Assembly: GCA_013239625.1 (NCBI GenBank)
Contig: MU053810.1
Location: 620,001 to 684,000, forward strand
From: Lama guanicoe
Taxonomy: Eukaryota
Reading direction: 5' to 3'
Length of the DNA: 64,000 nt
This document shows positions 1 to 15,884 of this stretch, in pieces (within the stretch, counting starts at the first letter, position 1; every line of letters starts with the position of its first letter). The translations under genes were made by a program, and so were the position numbers. The notes under the pieces were generated by a model. That model worked only from the letters and a program-made list of their open reading frames with translations, did not search any database and was not told the DNA's origin.

Positions 1-197
<197 letters not shown>

Positions 198-298
198 TCA
201 ACCCATGAACCCACCTCCAAGTCCCATCGCTCGCCTGGGGGGACAGCCAACATCCTCAGGGGTAGTTGGGCTTGGCTGTTAAGAACCCATGCTGTGTC

Positions 299-685
299 GG
301 GGAGGATATAGCTCAGTGGTAGAGTGCTTGCTTAGCATGCATGAGGTCCTGGGTTCAATCCCCAATATCTCCATTTAAATAAACAAACAAACATGCCATG
401 GGGGAGGAGGGGTGGGAAGAGATAGGCTGGGAGTTCAAAATTTGTAGGTACTGACAGGCATATGTAGAATAGATAAACAAGATTATACTACTTAGCACAG
501 GGAAATATATACAAGGTCTTGTGGTAGCTCACAGTGGGAAAAAAATGTGACAATGAATATGTGTATGTTCATGTATGACTGAAAAATTGTGCCCTACACT
601 GGAATTGGACACAACATTGTAAAATGACTATAACTCAATAAAAAAATGTTTAAACAAACAAACCTGATTACCTCCCCCAAAAAAG
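299..685 (+). mobile_element. tRNA-derived SINE (vic-1-like) interrupted by an L1 3'-end fragment (~393-650)
   Basis: A box TAGCTCAGTGG, B box GGTTCAATCC; SINE tail CCTGATTACCTCCCCC resumes after L1; AAACAAACAAAC on both sides of the L1. Confidence 0.85.
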
Positions 686-1089
686 TTTAACAAGAATCCA
701 CACATTGGGGTCCAGCTCACAAAAATGGTTTGAAGTCCCAGATGGGGGAGGAGGGGTGGGAAGAGATAGGCTGGGAGTTCAAAATTTGTAGGTACTGACA
801 GGCATATGTAGAATAGATAAACAAGATTATACTATTTAGCACAGGGAAATATATACAAGGTCTTGTGGTAGCTCACAGCGGGAAAAAAATGTGACAATGA
901 ATATGTGTATATTCGTGTATGACTGAAAAATTGTGCCCTACACTGGAATTGGACACAACATTGTAAAATGACTATAACTCAATAAAAAAATGTTTAAACA
1001 AACAAACAAACCTGATTACCTCCCCCAAAAAAGTTTAACAAGAATCCACACATTGGGGTCCAGCTCACAAAAATGGTTTGAAGTCCCAG
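398..1089. repeat. Tandem duplication, units 398-741 and 742-1089
   Basis: Direct comparison: 4 transitions and one extra AAAC unit. Confidence 0.95.
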
Positions 1090-1949
1090 CTCTGTGACTA
1101 ATTGTGTGATCCTGGTAAAGGTATGAATCTCTGCCTCCTTATCTGCGGCACCCCTTAGTGATGCCTCAAGGAGTCAGTGAGTTAACGCATATAAAGTACT
1201 TAACAGGGCCTGGTACATAATAACGGATACTTATTTGTTATTGTCATCATTACTATTATCTTTCCTCCTGAGGTCAAAGGGTCATTAAACGAAGCATCCT
1301 AGACAAAAAAAAAAGGGGGGGGGCGGTTTCTCCAAAGAGAAGTTTGAAATTGAATTTTCAGAATCTCTAACTAATCAACAAAAAATTCACATAGATAATC
1401 CCAAAAGACATCCAGGCCAGGTCTGGGTGTAAAAACAGAGTGGTTTCTACCATCTGACAAATCTTGTAACTCTACAGAAGAGGGACTAGGTAATAAAAGC
1501 CCTGCATTTCTTTTCATGCTACCGATTTCCACAGGTTAAAACAGGCTGACTTTGTTCCTCACATCTGATTTCTAACCAGGCTACTTGACCAAATTTACCA
1601 GTTGAATATATCCATTTTGACTAAGATCTTGGGTACTCCAAGCTTGCATATCCTAAAGAGAATCACTCCAGTGGTACTAACTGTGTTCATCTCTGGATGC
1701 CACCAGATCATTCAACTGGATACTTAAGCAACTTGGGATTGCATCCTCTAAGTTCCGCTCTTGTCTTATTTCCTTTGATTTAAAGATCACACTCAGACTT
1801 TTAAAGGAACAACACTGTTGGTGACCACTGACCACACCTGATCCAAATTTAAAACGAGACAACCAGTGGGGCTCACTGTTCTGAGTGAACTAGAAGTTTC
1901 CCTAGGAATTCCTTGTCTGACTCAACACCACCAACTCCTCCCTGTGTTA

Positions 1950-2126
<177 letters not shown>

Positions 2127-3258
2127 CTAGATCATGGGGCAGAAAAAAAGAATATGAACATAAGGGATGGAGAAACAGGTTTTCAAATAATAGTATGAAT
2201 AAAAACAACCACGCTGTCACTGATCCCCTACCCTCCTAAAAATCTGCTGGTTATAGGATTTTCTAGAATGGTTAGGCTGATCCCAAGTAACATGCAAAGA
2301 TGCTAAATCAGCCCATTTCCTCCTGTAGCCACGCCAGTTGACCTATTCCTTCCACCCTACATTGTCACCTATACCTATCACTTCTCACACTCCCATCTAC
2401 AGGCTACCGGACAGCAGCACCAGAGAAGGAAGGGCGATTGCCAGTGCAGAAGGACAGGCAGCTCTAGTAAAAGCAACCATGCAAACAGCCTGCAAGACAC
2501 AAGGAACGAGGCACAGATCTGCACTCTCACTCTTCCCCAATCACCTCGCTCCCCAAAAAGGGAGCACGTGTCGCTCGCATCATCTAATCCCCACGGGGTG
2601 TGCTGGTGTGCTGGCCACCACTAAAGAGAGTGACGTGACAGCAGCCAAGAGGTGTGGGAGGAGAGTCCATCATACAAACGTGAAAGGAGGCTTTGAGGAA
2701 GAAGCAGAATGCAATTATAAGAGAATCTCTGAAATGTGCTATTTTTCCAGAATTTTCGAAGTCTGCTAGCACATAATATCACAAAACCTGGTGGACAGCA
2801 GGTGGTAGAGAAGAGGGCAATTTTTTAAAAGAGAATTTGAAAGTAAATAGGGAGGGGATTGTAGATCTTAGGAGAAAACAAGCTCCACTGACTTCACACT
2901 AAATGAAAGACGATTATCTATCAAATCAACAATGTCGTACACCTTAAATTTACATGATGTTACATGATAAATGTATTTTAATTAAAAGTTAATTAAATAA
3001 AAGGCTATTATCATAAACAGCCAAAATGCTGAACTAAAGAATAAAATGATCTGGGGAAAAAAAAAAAAGAGAAAGATGACCTGATTTGGTAACCACTGCA
3101 TCTCTAATAACAGCAAAAATAAAAGACCTAAATATAAATGAAGAAAGAATCCTTGGAAGTGGATTTTTTTTTAAGTGGGGCTCACTGTTCTGAGTGAACT
3201 AGAAGTTTCCCTAGGAATTCCTTGTCTGACTCAACACCACCAACTCCTCCCTGTGTTA

Positions 3259-3435
<177 letters not shown>

Positions 3436-5376
3436 CTAGATCATGGGGCAGAAAAAAAGAATATGAACATAAGGGATGGAGAAACAGGTTTTCAAATAAT
3501 AGTATGAATAAAAACAACCACGCTGTCACTGATCCCCTACCCTCCTAAAAATCTGCTGGTTATAGGATTTTCTAGAATGGTTAGGCTGATCCCAAGTAAC
3601 ATGCAAAGATGCTAAATCAGCCCATTTCCTCCTGTAGCCACGCCAGTTGACCTATTCCTTCCACCCTACATTGTCACCTATACCTATCACTTCTCACACT
3701 CCCATCTACAGGCTACCGGACAGCAGCACCAGAGAAGGAAGGGCGATTGCCAGTGCAGAAGGACAGGCAGCTCTAGTAAAAGCAACCATGCAAACAGCCT
3801 GCAAGACACAAGGAACGAGGCACAGATCTGCACTCTCACTCTTCCCCAATCACCTCGCTCCCCAAAAAGGGAGCACGTGTCGCTCGCATCATCTAATCCC
3901 CACGGGGTGTGCTGGTGTGCTGGCCACCACTAAAGAGAGTGACGTGACAGCAGCCAAGAGGTGTGGGAGGAGAGTCCATCATACAAACGTGAAAGGAGGC
4001 TTTGAGGAAGAAGCAGAATGCAATTATAAGAGAATCTCTGAAATGTGCTATTTTTCCAGAATTTTCGAAGTCTGCTAGCACATAATATCACAAAACCTGG
4101 TGGACAGCAGGTGGTAGAGAAGAGGGCAATTTTTTAAAAGAGAATTTGAAAGTAAATAGGGAGGGGATTGTAGATCTTAGGAGAAAACAAGCTCCACTGA
4201 CTTCACACTAAATGAAAGACGATTATCTATCAAATCAACAATGTCGTACACCTTAAATTTACATGATGTTACATGATAAATGTATTTTAATTAAAAGTTA
4301 ATTAAATAAAAGGCTATTATCATAAACAGCCAAAATGCTGAACTAAAGAATAAAATGATCTGGGGAAAAAAAAAAAGAGTAAGATGACCTGATTTGGTAA
4401 CCACTGCATCTCTAATAACAGCAAAAATAAAAGACCTAAATATAAATGAAGAAAGAATCCTTGGAAGTGGATTTTTTTTTTAATGACACAGAAAATGTCC
4501 TTAAAAGAGTGATTTTTGTGTAAGTAGAACATTTTGGCTAAGAAAAGCAGCGCTCCTTTGCTTAGTGAAATCTTCAGCCCACATCTTCCTGTTGCTAGGT
4601 TCTGTAGGAATAACTGACATTTTGGAGTATCTGTGCTTAGTATTAACATACCATCACTTTATCTCCACACACCAGACACCGCCATCCATCCATTCAACAG
4701 CCAGGCGTGGAGGGCCCGGTAAGGAAATCGCTAGTATCCTTTTTTACAGATGAGGAAACCAAGGTTCAGAACGAGCGTGTATTTCACATGGCTTAGACTG
4801 AACACTAGACCTTCTGTGATGCCTCCATTTCTTCTACTTATTCCCCCTCCCCAGCCCCAAGCCTTACCCCTGGGTCAAGGAACATACTATGTTCTCATTT
4901 AATCCTCAGAACACTATGAAGAATTTAACTCCCATTTATTTCTGAGATTCAGAGTCTGAGGAGGAAGAGAACCAAACACGCCAAGCTGGAAGGCAGCAAA
5001 GCCAGGCTCTGAACTCAGGTCTTCGTGGTTCCAGAAGTCTTTCCCGGCCGTGATCCTGGTGACATCCAACCCTCAGCTGCACAGGGGCCCACACAGGGTC
5101 CAGGGGTTCCCAGCATCTGAATACTCCTCACCCTTTGGTCTCCTTGCTGACGGGATTTCTTGGAGAATAATGATGGAAAGGAGACGTGTAAAGCCAGGAA
5201 GAGAGATGTGTGCCTCTACTGCTCCTTTACGAAAGTGTTACAGGAGAGGCATGGATGAGAACATAGCCTCTGCTCACAGCCTGTGTCGTGTTAGCATGGT
5301 CTTAGGGTTCTTGGCACAAAAGCTGTGTGTCATCTGCTAATTTTATTTCCCTTCTTAAATCAAAATAGAGAACAGT

Positions 5377-5660
5377 GGGGAGGGAATGGCTAGCTCAGAG
5401 GCAGAGCATATGCTTAGCATGTACAAGGTCCCAGGATCAAGCCCCAGAATCAATCCCCATGATCTCCGTTAAAAAAATAAGTAAATAAATAAACCTAATT
5501 ACCTCCCCTTCTTCAAAAAATAAATAAAATAAAAATAAAGTAAATAAATCTATTTTTTTAAAACCGTTAAAAAAAAGTAAGCATGCATGCAAACCAACAA
5601 AAATTTTTAAAAGTCTAAAACAAAAAATAATTAAAAGAAAAAAACAAAACAAAACAAAAC
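5377..5660 (+). mobile_element. tRNA-derived SINE with long A-rich tail
   Basis: GGGGAGGG...TAGCTCAG...CCTAATTACCTCCCC followed by A-rich/AAAAC tail. Confidence 0.85.
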
Positions 5661-6362
5661 AAGAAAACACTCAGCAATGCCCACAAAGCTGTGTGGGAGT
5701 TGGGTCCTTAAGCCCCAAGAAATGCTGGGGGTGGCGGAAACTGCTCAGCCAAAGGGCAGGGGGTTTGGGCACACACGAAAGATCCCTAATGACAATCCAC
5801 TTCCACCGGGCCCAGGACGAGGACAAACACAGCAAAAGCAGCACCCAGGGTCTCCCCCAGGGCGATTTCACAGACGCCACAGTTAAGAGCTCCCACAAGA
5901 AGTCAGAATTGTGAGCTTGTGCGAGGCAAGACACGTGCAGACACAGCCGGGCAAAATATCTGGGGAACACAAAGGAGAGGAAAGAAGGCAGTTTCTCATC
6001 GCTTTAAAGAAAATGCCATTTTCTCCTCTTACTTCTGAAATCAGGCTTAAGATCTGCTTCGTGTACTGAGTCAATGTGAATGACTGAAATACTTTAGAGT
6101 GCCGCAAACTGAGTCAAGGGAAAGGTAAAGAGAGTTGAAGATTTCTATTGAGAAGTACCATAACATAATGAAACCCATTCTGCTCACCCTCGATTCATCT
6201 GCTACAAGTTTCTGGCCCAATGGAAAATTAACATGAACGGGATCATGTGATTATTTGTATACGTAGCTGAATACTGCCCTGTGGATTTATCTATTTCCAC
6301 TGCGTTTGAAGACTCAGTTACTGATATTCACGATTAATTATCCTCTAACAGTTAAGGGTTCT

Positions 6363-6845
6363 TTTTTAAAAAACATTTTATTAAGGTAGAGTTGGTTTAC
6401 AATATTATATGTTTCAGGTGTACAACATAGTGCTTCTCAATTATTAAAGATTATACTCCATTTATAGTCAGTATAAAATATTGGCTATATTCCCTGGGCT
6501 GTACAATATATCCTTGTAGCTTATTTACTTTAATGAATTTTTGGTTTGTTTGAGGTGGAGGAGGTAATTAGGTTTATTTATTTATTTGCTTTAATGGAGG
6601 TGCTGGGGATTGAACCCAGGACCTCGTGCATGCTAAGCACGTGTTCTACCACTGAGCTATATCTTCCTCCCTATTTATTTTATACATAGTAGTTTGTATA
6701 AACTACTGAATCTCCTACCCCTGCCCTATCTTGCCACTCCCCCTTCCCCTCTCCCCACTGGTAACCACTAGTTTGTTCTCTGTATCTGTGAGTCTGTTTC
6801 TTTTTTATTATATTCACTAGTTTGTTTTATTATCTAGATTCCTTA
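6363..6845 (-). mobile_element. L1 3'-end fragment with nested SINE (6541-6671, minus)
   Basis: Similar to L1 3' ends at 9540 and 30665; nested SINE shows GGGATTGAACCC and CCACTGAGCTA. Confidence 0.8.
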
Positions 6846-7259
6846 AAGATTCACATTTGAATGAATACTTGGCGTAAGAAAAATGTGACTCACAGTCCAA
6901 ACCTCTAAAATATACCAGTTAAGTTACCAAAACCTGAGGGACAGAGGAAACCAAAAAACTAGTAATATGTATTGTTTGGCTTAATTGTAAAAGACCTTCA
7001 TTGTAAAATGAGCAAACACGCAAACAAAATAAATCCAGGCTCTTGCAACCTTGTTAGATACATGGATACCATGCTGTTTCCGAGAAGTCATTCTTTCAGA
7101 GAAGTTGCAACATCTGTCCTCTTAGCAGGAGCAGGTATGTCAGCCTTGAGACTAGACTTCTACATCTGCTATTAATTTTTAAAGCAACCCCAGAATCTTC
7201 TTTTCCCAAAAGTTCACCTCAGTTTCATCTTGAATGCCTGCCATCTCCTGTCACAACTA

Positions 7260-7583
<324 letters not shown>

Positions 7584-8398
7584 CTATGCCGAATAAATGC
7601 ACAAGGAAAAAAAAAGTATTTTACTGCATAGAAGATGAAGGAAGAGGCGGTTAGTTTAAATCATACAATAAAAAAGACTTTATGACCATGCTTTTGTAAC
7701 TATTGTTAACATGCCGTATGTAGAGAGGCCCAAACGTCTAACTGCTCGAATGAATGGGAACTATTTGCAGATGTTCACAAATGACGTTCCAACACTTTAA
7801 GAAGAGTCTAGCATGATGCAGATGGTAAGTTACCTCTGCCTGGCAATAAGCACAATATTTTTCTTAAAGGCACCTGTTAGAATATATTTTCCAAAGGAAC
7901 TTGTATTATTCTTATTAAAGGTAGAGAAGAAAATAATAGAACTTAATTCCATTTAACCAGGGGATGACATACACTGCTTAGTTCAAGTCACATCTAAAAA
8001 CCTACATTGTCTGATTCTCAAAGGACTTCGCTGCATACGTTCTGTCACCTCATTTTCAGTCTTCTAAGAGAGAGACGTTACTACCCATTTTAAAAATGAA
8101 CAAGCAAGAGAAATTAACTAAATGGTTAAAGGGCCTTGGCTAGTAAGTAGCAAAGTTGGGTCTCAAACCAAGGTTATTTACCAACAACATGTTATTCTCA
8201 ATTGGCCAAATGGTTTGAATGACCCCACAGCTTCTCTAGTTCACAAAAGCCTCTTATGCTCCCATCTGCAAACAGGAGCATACACAGCGTTGGGACAGAC
8301 ATGTTTCTCACAAACCACTGATAATCATTTCTGTGTCTCTTGAGTGTTTTGTCTGGGATATTTTAGGAATGCAGTTTTTGGTTTAAGAATTCCTGCCT

Positions 8399-8580
8399 GT
8401 GGAAGAACATGAAGGCAGAGACTGGAGGCATGCAGTCCCAAGTCAAGGTGGCCTGGAGCCACCACAAGCTAGGACAGAGGCAAGGAAGGAGTCCTCCCTA
8501 GATCCTTCAGAGAGAGCATGGCCTTGCTGCCACCTTGATTTCGGACTTCCAGTCTCCAGAACTGTGAGAGTAAATCTGTT
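8399..8580 (+). mobile_element. MaLR (MLT1-like) LTR fragment
   Basis: GAAGGCAGAGACTGGAG...CACCTTGATTTCGGACTTCCAGTCTCCAGAACTGTGAGA typical of MLT1. Confidence 0.75.
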
Positions 8581-8710
8581 TGTTTGTTTGAAGAATTTCT
8601 GCAGGTATCTAAGCACAACATCTCCATCTGTCAATCACTTTATTCTGTCATATTCTACCTTTTCTAAGGTGTCTTTTCAAAGCTGATTATCAATCTCTTA
8701 GCATCAGAAA

Positions 8711-9114
<404 letters not shown>

Positions 9115-9278
9115 TCATACAGTGCCTCATCTTCTCTTTAGTTCATCTGAATCATTTCTACCTTGGCTGTGAAATCAGCATAAACCCAGCCCAGAATCCT
9201 GTCAAAATGTGTTCTTAAGTCTTTGTTCCATCCTGAATTCTGTACCACCTGGAATTAAACTAACTCATTTGAAATGGC

Positions 9279-9286
9279 AAAAAAAG

Positions 9287-9322
<36 letters not shown>

Positions 9323-9355
9323 AAGAGAGGAAGAGAGGAAGAGAGAAAGAAAGGA

Positions 9356-9399
<44 letters not shown>

Positions 9400-9448
9400 A
9401 AAGAAAGAAAGAAAGAGAAAGAAAGAAAGAAAGAAAGAAAGGAAGGAA

Positions 9449-9481
<33 letters not shown>
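9279..9481. repeat. Compound (GAAA)n/(GA)n/(GGAA)n purine microsatellite
   Basis: Read directly. Confidence 0.97.
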
Positions 9482-9539
9482 GGACACTGAGGCATGACTA
9501 ATAAAGGTAAAGCTTGACCCCTAGACATAACACTTAAAA

Positions 9540-9983
9540 ATTTTTTTTTAAATTAAGGCATAGTTGATTTACAATATTCTTTAAGTTTCAGGTGTACAAC
9601 ACAGTGGCTCACATTTTTTAAAGATTATATTCCACTTACAGTTATTATAAAATATTGTCTATATTACCTGCACTGTAGACTATATCCTTGTAGCTTGTAG
9701 CTTATTTATTTTATACGAAGTAGTTTGTACCTCTTAAATCCCCTACTCTTATCTGGCTCCTCCCCCTTTCCCTCCCCTCAACAAGTAACAACTAGTTTGT
9801 TCTCTATGTCTTTGAGTCTCTTTTTTGTTATGATTAGTTTGTTTTATTTTTTAGATTTCATACATAAGTGATAACATACAGTATTTATCTTTGTCTTATT
9901 TCTTGAATGATAATACCCTCCAAGTCCATCCATTTTGCTGCAAATGTCAAAATTTCATTCCTTTTTATGGCCGAGTAATATTC

Positions 9984-10027
<44 letters not shown>

Positions 10028-10318
10028 ATCTCCATATATATATCTCTCACATCTTCTTTATCTATTCATCTGTTGATGGACACATAGGTTGCTTCCATAT
10101 TTTGGCGATTGTAAATAATGCCGCTATGAACATTGGGGGTGCGTGTATCTTTTCAAATTAGTGTTTTCACTTTCTTTGGTTAAATACTCAGGAGTGGAAT
10201 TGCTGGATCATATGGTAGTTCTATTTTTAGTTTTTTGAGGAACTTCCATACTGCTTCCATTGTGGCTGCACCAATTTACATTCCTACCAACAGCATAGTC
10301 AGGTTCCCTTTCCTCCAT
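9540..10318 (-). mobile_element. L1 3' region (ORF2 C-terminus and 3' UTR) containing (TG)n at 9987-10023
   Basis: GCTATGAACATTGG...GGAATTGCTGGATCATATGGTAG...CCAATTTACATTCC motifs of antisense L1. Confidence 0.88.
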
Positions 10319-11035
10319 CACATGTACTTTCTTATATTCTTAAGAATAACACGTTCTTCCATATGATCTGTTCACTCCATCTAACTTTGAGAAGTCTTTT
10401 AACATTTATAATTTTTTTTTCATTTATAATTATTTTTAATCTCCCAGCCAAGAACACTCACTAGTGAGGTTTCTCTGTGCATATGGACACAGCCTTGTCA
10501 GACAATAAGTCTTTCTACTGTTCCCTGACATCGAATCTTCAGTCTTGAATCTCAAATCTTTTGAAACTTATAAAGCAGCTGAGTTGGGACTGAACGGGAA
10601 CACCAGGATCCAATTACCTCTAAAACCACTCACTTGGGTGATCTCTTACGGTAACAGTGTGTTATTAGATTCATACAATCTAGTAACTATAAACTCTGGA
10701 AATAAGCAGGAGGTAAAATGACTTTTTGGAAGGTAAAACACAGATCTTTGTGTTTGTTTGAACAATGTTTATTAAATAGGGAAAAAATGCTTTGAAAAAC
10801 AGAATTTATCTCTTCAGGATAAATTTCATCCTTAGGAAACAAACTAACTTTTAACCTCCCTGAGAGAAGAAGGAACCCCTGTTTGGAGATGCAGAACATC
10901 AGCCTAAATGTCAGTGCCCTCCAGCAGCATCAGGTTTCATCAAGAGACTGAGTTGTCTCCTGGACCAACGGCTCAACTGCTGAGTTGGTTTTTTTTAAAA
11001 GGAATGTTATCATCAGTTTTACTCCGTTACAGTCA

Positions 11036-11284
<249 letters not shown>

Positions 11285-12041
11285 TCAGACGCCTTGGTTA
11301 CAGGAGGACAGCAGATTGCTCTGGTCAGAGTCAGGCACATTTCCGTATGTGGTTAAGACCCTACACTGATTCAAGCAACTGCAGCAGGGTCCCTTTGCTA
11401 CAGACCCCGGGGACGGACAGAAGTAACCCAGGGCCAGGCAGGAAAGCTCTGCTGAGGACACCAAACAGCAGCAGAGATGCAGAGAAAATAACGCGACAGG
11501 TCGAATAGCTCACCCCAACAGGAATCCCCTTAGAACGCGTTTCCTTCTAGAACAGGGGCCAGGCCCCTCCCGGGACTTGGGTTTTAGTGTAAGGTTCTAC
11601 AGTACTGTCATCTGGGCTGCCAACGAGCCAACTACCCGAATTACTGAGACAGGTTGCCTATCATCTTCATATGCCTGAGTCCTGATCACAGAGTTCCAAT
11701 CCCCTTCATCTATGTTGACAGCTTCCTTTTTTTTTTTAAATCAATTCAGATAATAAAAAGAGAAATCGGATCTGAAGGATTTGGCAGTCCTTTACAGAGT
11801 GAACAGACAAATACACAAAAAGCACTCATGCCGAGGAGAACCAATAGCTCCGGTGTGTGGCAAACTGCTTTTGTCCACTTAGAATAAGGTGTGTGTCACA
11901 CCGTCTGTGGTGTTGGGACTGCAGCGGTAAGTGGGGCCACGTTCAGACAGTTCACGTCCTAACTCCCTCTCTTCGATATTCCTGTGTCTTTGTAGAAAGT
12001 GAGCGGCGCTCTTCCACTGACATTAGCTGCTCCTTCTGTAC

Positions 12042-12253
12042 CTGAGATTCTAGCATTAGTTTCGACAGGTGTTTTCGCTCTTCTGTGGTGAAGGCCTCCT
12101 TTTTCAGTTCCTCAAACCGCTTGGCAAACCAGTCTTTCTCCTCCTGGCTCTGAAGTTGGGAGGTTTCAATGGAAATCTGCCCACAGTAGATGTGGTTGAG
12201 ATAGGCTACGACTTCCTCCAGAGAGGCCTCCTCCTTCCCCATGTTCAATAATC
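12042..12253 (-). CDS. DHTKD1: DHTKD1 exon 3 (212 nt)
   Basis: AG 12255-12254, GT 12041-12040; [29 protein letters not shown]...KLMLESQ. Confidence 0.96.
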
Positions 12254-12884
12254 CTACAAAATGTAATCAGAAGGATCGTTTTAAAGAACAATCAACCGTG
12301 AGACTGATTACAGAATGTACCAAAATCGTCATTTCAACCCAGAGCATTTCATTCCGAGTAATGTGGGGGCATCATCAGTGGTCATGTAGATTTTTCTAAA
12401 GGGAAAACTAAAAATATGGTCAAAAGCCACAGGGTAGTAAAAATAGGAGAGGTAATAAAAATCTTTCTTCCCCAAAACAGAGTCACCCGGCTTTTGCCAA
12501 ATTTTGATTCTATAGTCATTTCAAACTAAAATTTGAAAACTGCCTTTCATCTGCTTTATAACCACAAATCATACGCACTACCTTTATCTGAAATTTCTAG
12601 CTACCAAAATGTTCAAGTCTTATTGATACAATCTATAAAGCAATGCCTATTACTGAACAGTTGGCCTGACTGTGAATTAGTATTGACAGCATTGCAACAT
12701 TCTAAGGTAAAAGGAAAGCTTCCTGACCTTAGCCTAAGAACAGGAAGGTTTGTAATATGTCATTAGCTCAGCACCAAATCAGTAATCAGTCATTTGCCTA
12801 AACCTACGATATGAATTTAACAAACCAGCGCTAACTTGATCTCATGTATGGTTTCTTACGGTAAACGTAACATCTTTCATATGA

Positions 12885-13240
12885 TCAAAACTGCAATGAA
12901 TATAAGAGTGCAGATACCTCTTTAAGATACTGATTTCAACTAACTGACTTAGCTATACACCCAGACATGAAATTGCTGGACCTTATGGTAGCTGTATTTT
13001 TAACTTTTTGAAGGCCCTCCATATTGTGGCCACACCAACTCACATTCCAACCAACAGTGCACAAGGGTTCCCTTTTCTCCACATCCTCACCAACACTTGT
13101 TTCTTTGGGGTTTTTTGACAATAGCTATTCTAATGGGTGTGAGGTGGTAGCTCCTTGTGGTTTTGATCTGCATTTCCCCGATGAGCTGAAAAGGTGATGC
13201 TGAGCGCCCTTTCAGGTACCTGTTGGCCATGTGTGTATAC
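12885..13240 (-). mobile_element. L1 ORF2 3' fragment
   Basis: Minus ORF reads [20 protein letters not shown], an L1 ORF2 C-terminal motif. Confidence 0.85.
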
Positions 13241-13397
13241 AATCTGAACACAGGAAACGGGCCCTATCAGAAAACCATTCTAGAAGCTCAACACTGCTCC
13301 TCCCAGACAGTGTTCGAATGTGTCCCTCAGTGTCTCCTCACACCCCTCGGAAGCTTCCGCTCCAGTGGGTATATGGGTTCTTCAAGAACAGAGAAAG

Positions 13398-13540
13398 GCG
13401 GGGAGGGTATAGCTCAGTGGTAAAGTGCACCAGGTCCTGGGCTCAATCCCCAACACCTGCATTAAACAAACAAACCTAATTCTCTCCCTCCTAAACAAAT
13501 AAAAAAAATTAAAAACTAAATAAAATTAGAAAGGAAAAAA
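13398..13540 (+). mobile_element. tRNA-derived SINE, internally deleted, with 14-bp TSD
   Basis: TSD AAGAACAGAGAAAG at 13384-13397 and 13541-13554. Confidence 0.9.
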
Positions 13541-13585
13541 AAGAACAGAGAAAGTAGCCCCGTCTCTGCTGGCAGTTAAGCGTCA

Positions 13586-13861
<276 letters not shown>

Positions 13862-15884
13862 TCAGGCATTTTTAACACATTGCTCCTACCCACCACATCT
13901 GCCAGCGGTTTTCAGGATTAAAGACTAACAGAATTCTGGAAAACACACATATTTCCTTAAATTTATCTCCTGAGAGTGAAAGACACTTAAAAACAATAGA
14001 AAGGAAACAGAACTATAGGTGAGCATTTGAAAAAATAACTATACACATGGACAAATATTAAAAGGAAACACCCCAAACTGAAGGTAACTGTTAAAATGCT
14101 GAGGTTATGGGTAATTATAGTCCTCTTAAGTACTATCTGAGTTTTTTTAATATCGTACATAAAAAATAGAGAAAAGTTGAATTACAAAATCAATGTTACA
14201 TATCCTTCCTTGTTTCTTAAGTATCCCAGGTACGTATTTATTTCACAGGCTCATGAAATCATCAACTAGGGAAAGACCTTAGAAATGATCTTGTTACCCG
14301 CATAATGAAAAATATCCCATTTGTAGAGCCTTAAATGGGTGATTCCTCAGTCTCTACATAAAGGAGAATCTTTCAGTTCTATCTTAGATGATTCAATATT
14401 GAGCCCAAAGCTGCTTTTCTTTCCTTTTCCACATGAAAGTCCTTCTAAAATTTGGGGGAAAACCTCTTCAAGCTCACACTCAATTAACCTTCAGCTCCTC
14501 AAGGTTGTCTTTTTCAAACACAATCTCTGTAGATGAGCAGATCTGCTATTAACGGCACACATTTTCTGAACAGTTAAAAATTTTGCGTTTTTATTTTCAG
14601 AACCCAAAGAAAACTGTTAGCACATTTTGAAACATCGAATGACCATTTTATGAACATGTATTGCCATGCGATGATTTCAGAGCTACATGCAAATGTGCTG
14701 GGGTTTCTATTCAGTGTACCGTGAAGTGCACCCCTTGTCACAAGCTTAGAGGAAAGAACAGAGATGTATTAAATATATAAAAGATGTGTTTGCACTAATA
14801 TGGCAGTTAGGAGGATTCACAGTGTGTCTAAAAAACCAGCACACTGATCAAACAACACCCATAAATGAACCAATTTCAGGCTGCAGGTTAGTCATAGGTT
14901 CTATTCTGAACTTATTCGTATTCTCAGCTGCTGTTTTGTGAAGCAGGATACTTCCGTATTTCTGGCTAAAATCCAGATAGAGAGACTATGTCTAAAGCAT
15001 TGTCCCTGTTGGCCATTCCTCCTTAAGAACACTTGCTTCCCTGGGCTCTCTGACCTTGCAAGATCCTGGTTTTCCTCCTAACTCACTGGCTACGCAGCCG
15101 CAGCCTCAGTCACTTTCGGGGGATGCAGAGAGGCTCCTCCTCTTTGTCCATCTCTAAAACATTGGTGTTCCCCAAGTCTGCCCTGGGGCTTCTCAGTCTA
15201 CCTGCTCTCCAGGTGATTTCATCAGCGACATCCAGTATCATCTACAAAACTACATCCTTAGCGGGATAAGTCCAATGGTAAATAGATGGGGTTATTGCCA
15301 CCGTTCTCGAACAATCTAATAGCCCTCTCTTGAAAACATTCTCTCAGTGAACCACGTCAGCTCACAGAGATCACTGCTTCGATTTCTAAGTGATCAACAC
15401 CCCAGCTTTTAATGATTCTCTAGAACACTGGCAGGGCAGTTGGCACAAAAGGATGCTGTTCACTGCAACGAACACAGGTCGCCTACTATTCTGGAAGAGC
15501 CAGAGAGAGGACTACTCCCCTCCCACCTTGGGGCACACACTGCATTCATCCTGACAATCTCTTTTCTCTCGGGCCCTCATTTCATTGCTCTAGTTTCTTC
15601 AAAGCCCAGGATTCAGACCAAATCCTGTACCTTTTTCCTCTGTCTCCTGGATCCTTCCATTGTGACCTCTGGAATTGTGTTCCACAATTAACAAACCTCC
15701 CTTCTCTTCTCTTCCCATCTTAAGCACAATATGTTTATAAAATAAATTTATTTCACCAGATACTTCTTTCCTACAGAAAACCAGAAATCCCATTCTGGTT
15801 CTTTCTGTTTTTCCCTATTCCTTTCTTAAATCACCATCAAGATAGATAAGTCAGGGTCACAGATTTGGTAATAAACCTTAGCGA

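Noticed and set aside
299..375. tRNA genes at the A/B-box sequences
   Set aside because: Diverged copies with common tails and TSDs identify them as SINEs, not tRNAs
9209..9528. Lys/Glu/Arg-rich and Phe/Leu/Ser-rich ORFs
   Set aside because: Translations of the (GAAA)n microsatellite
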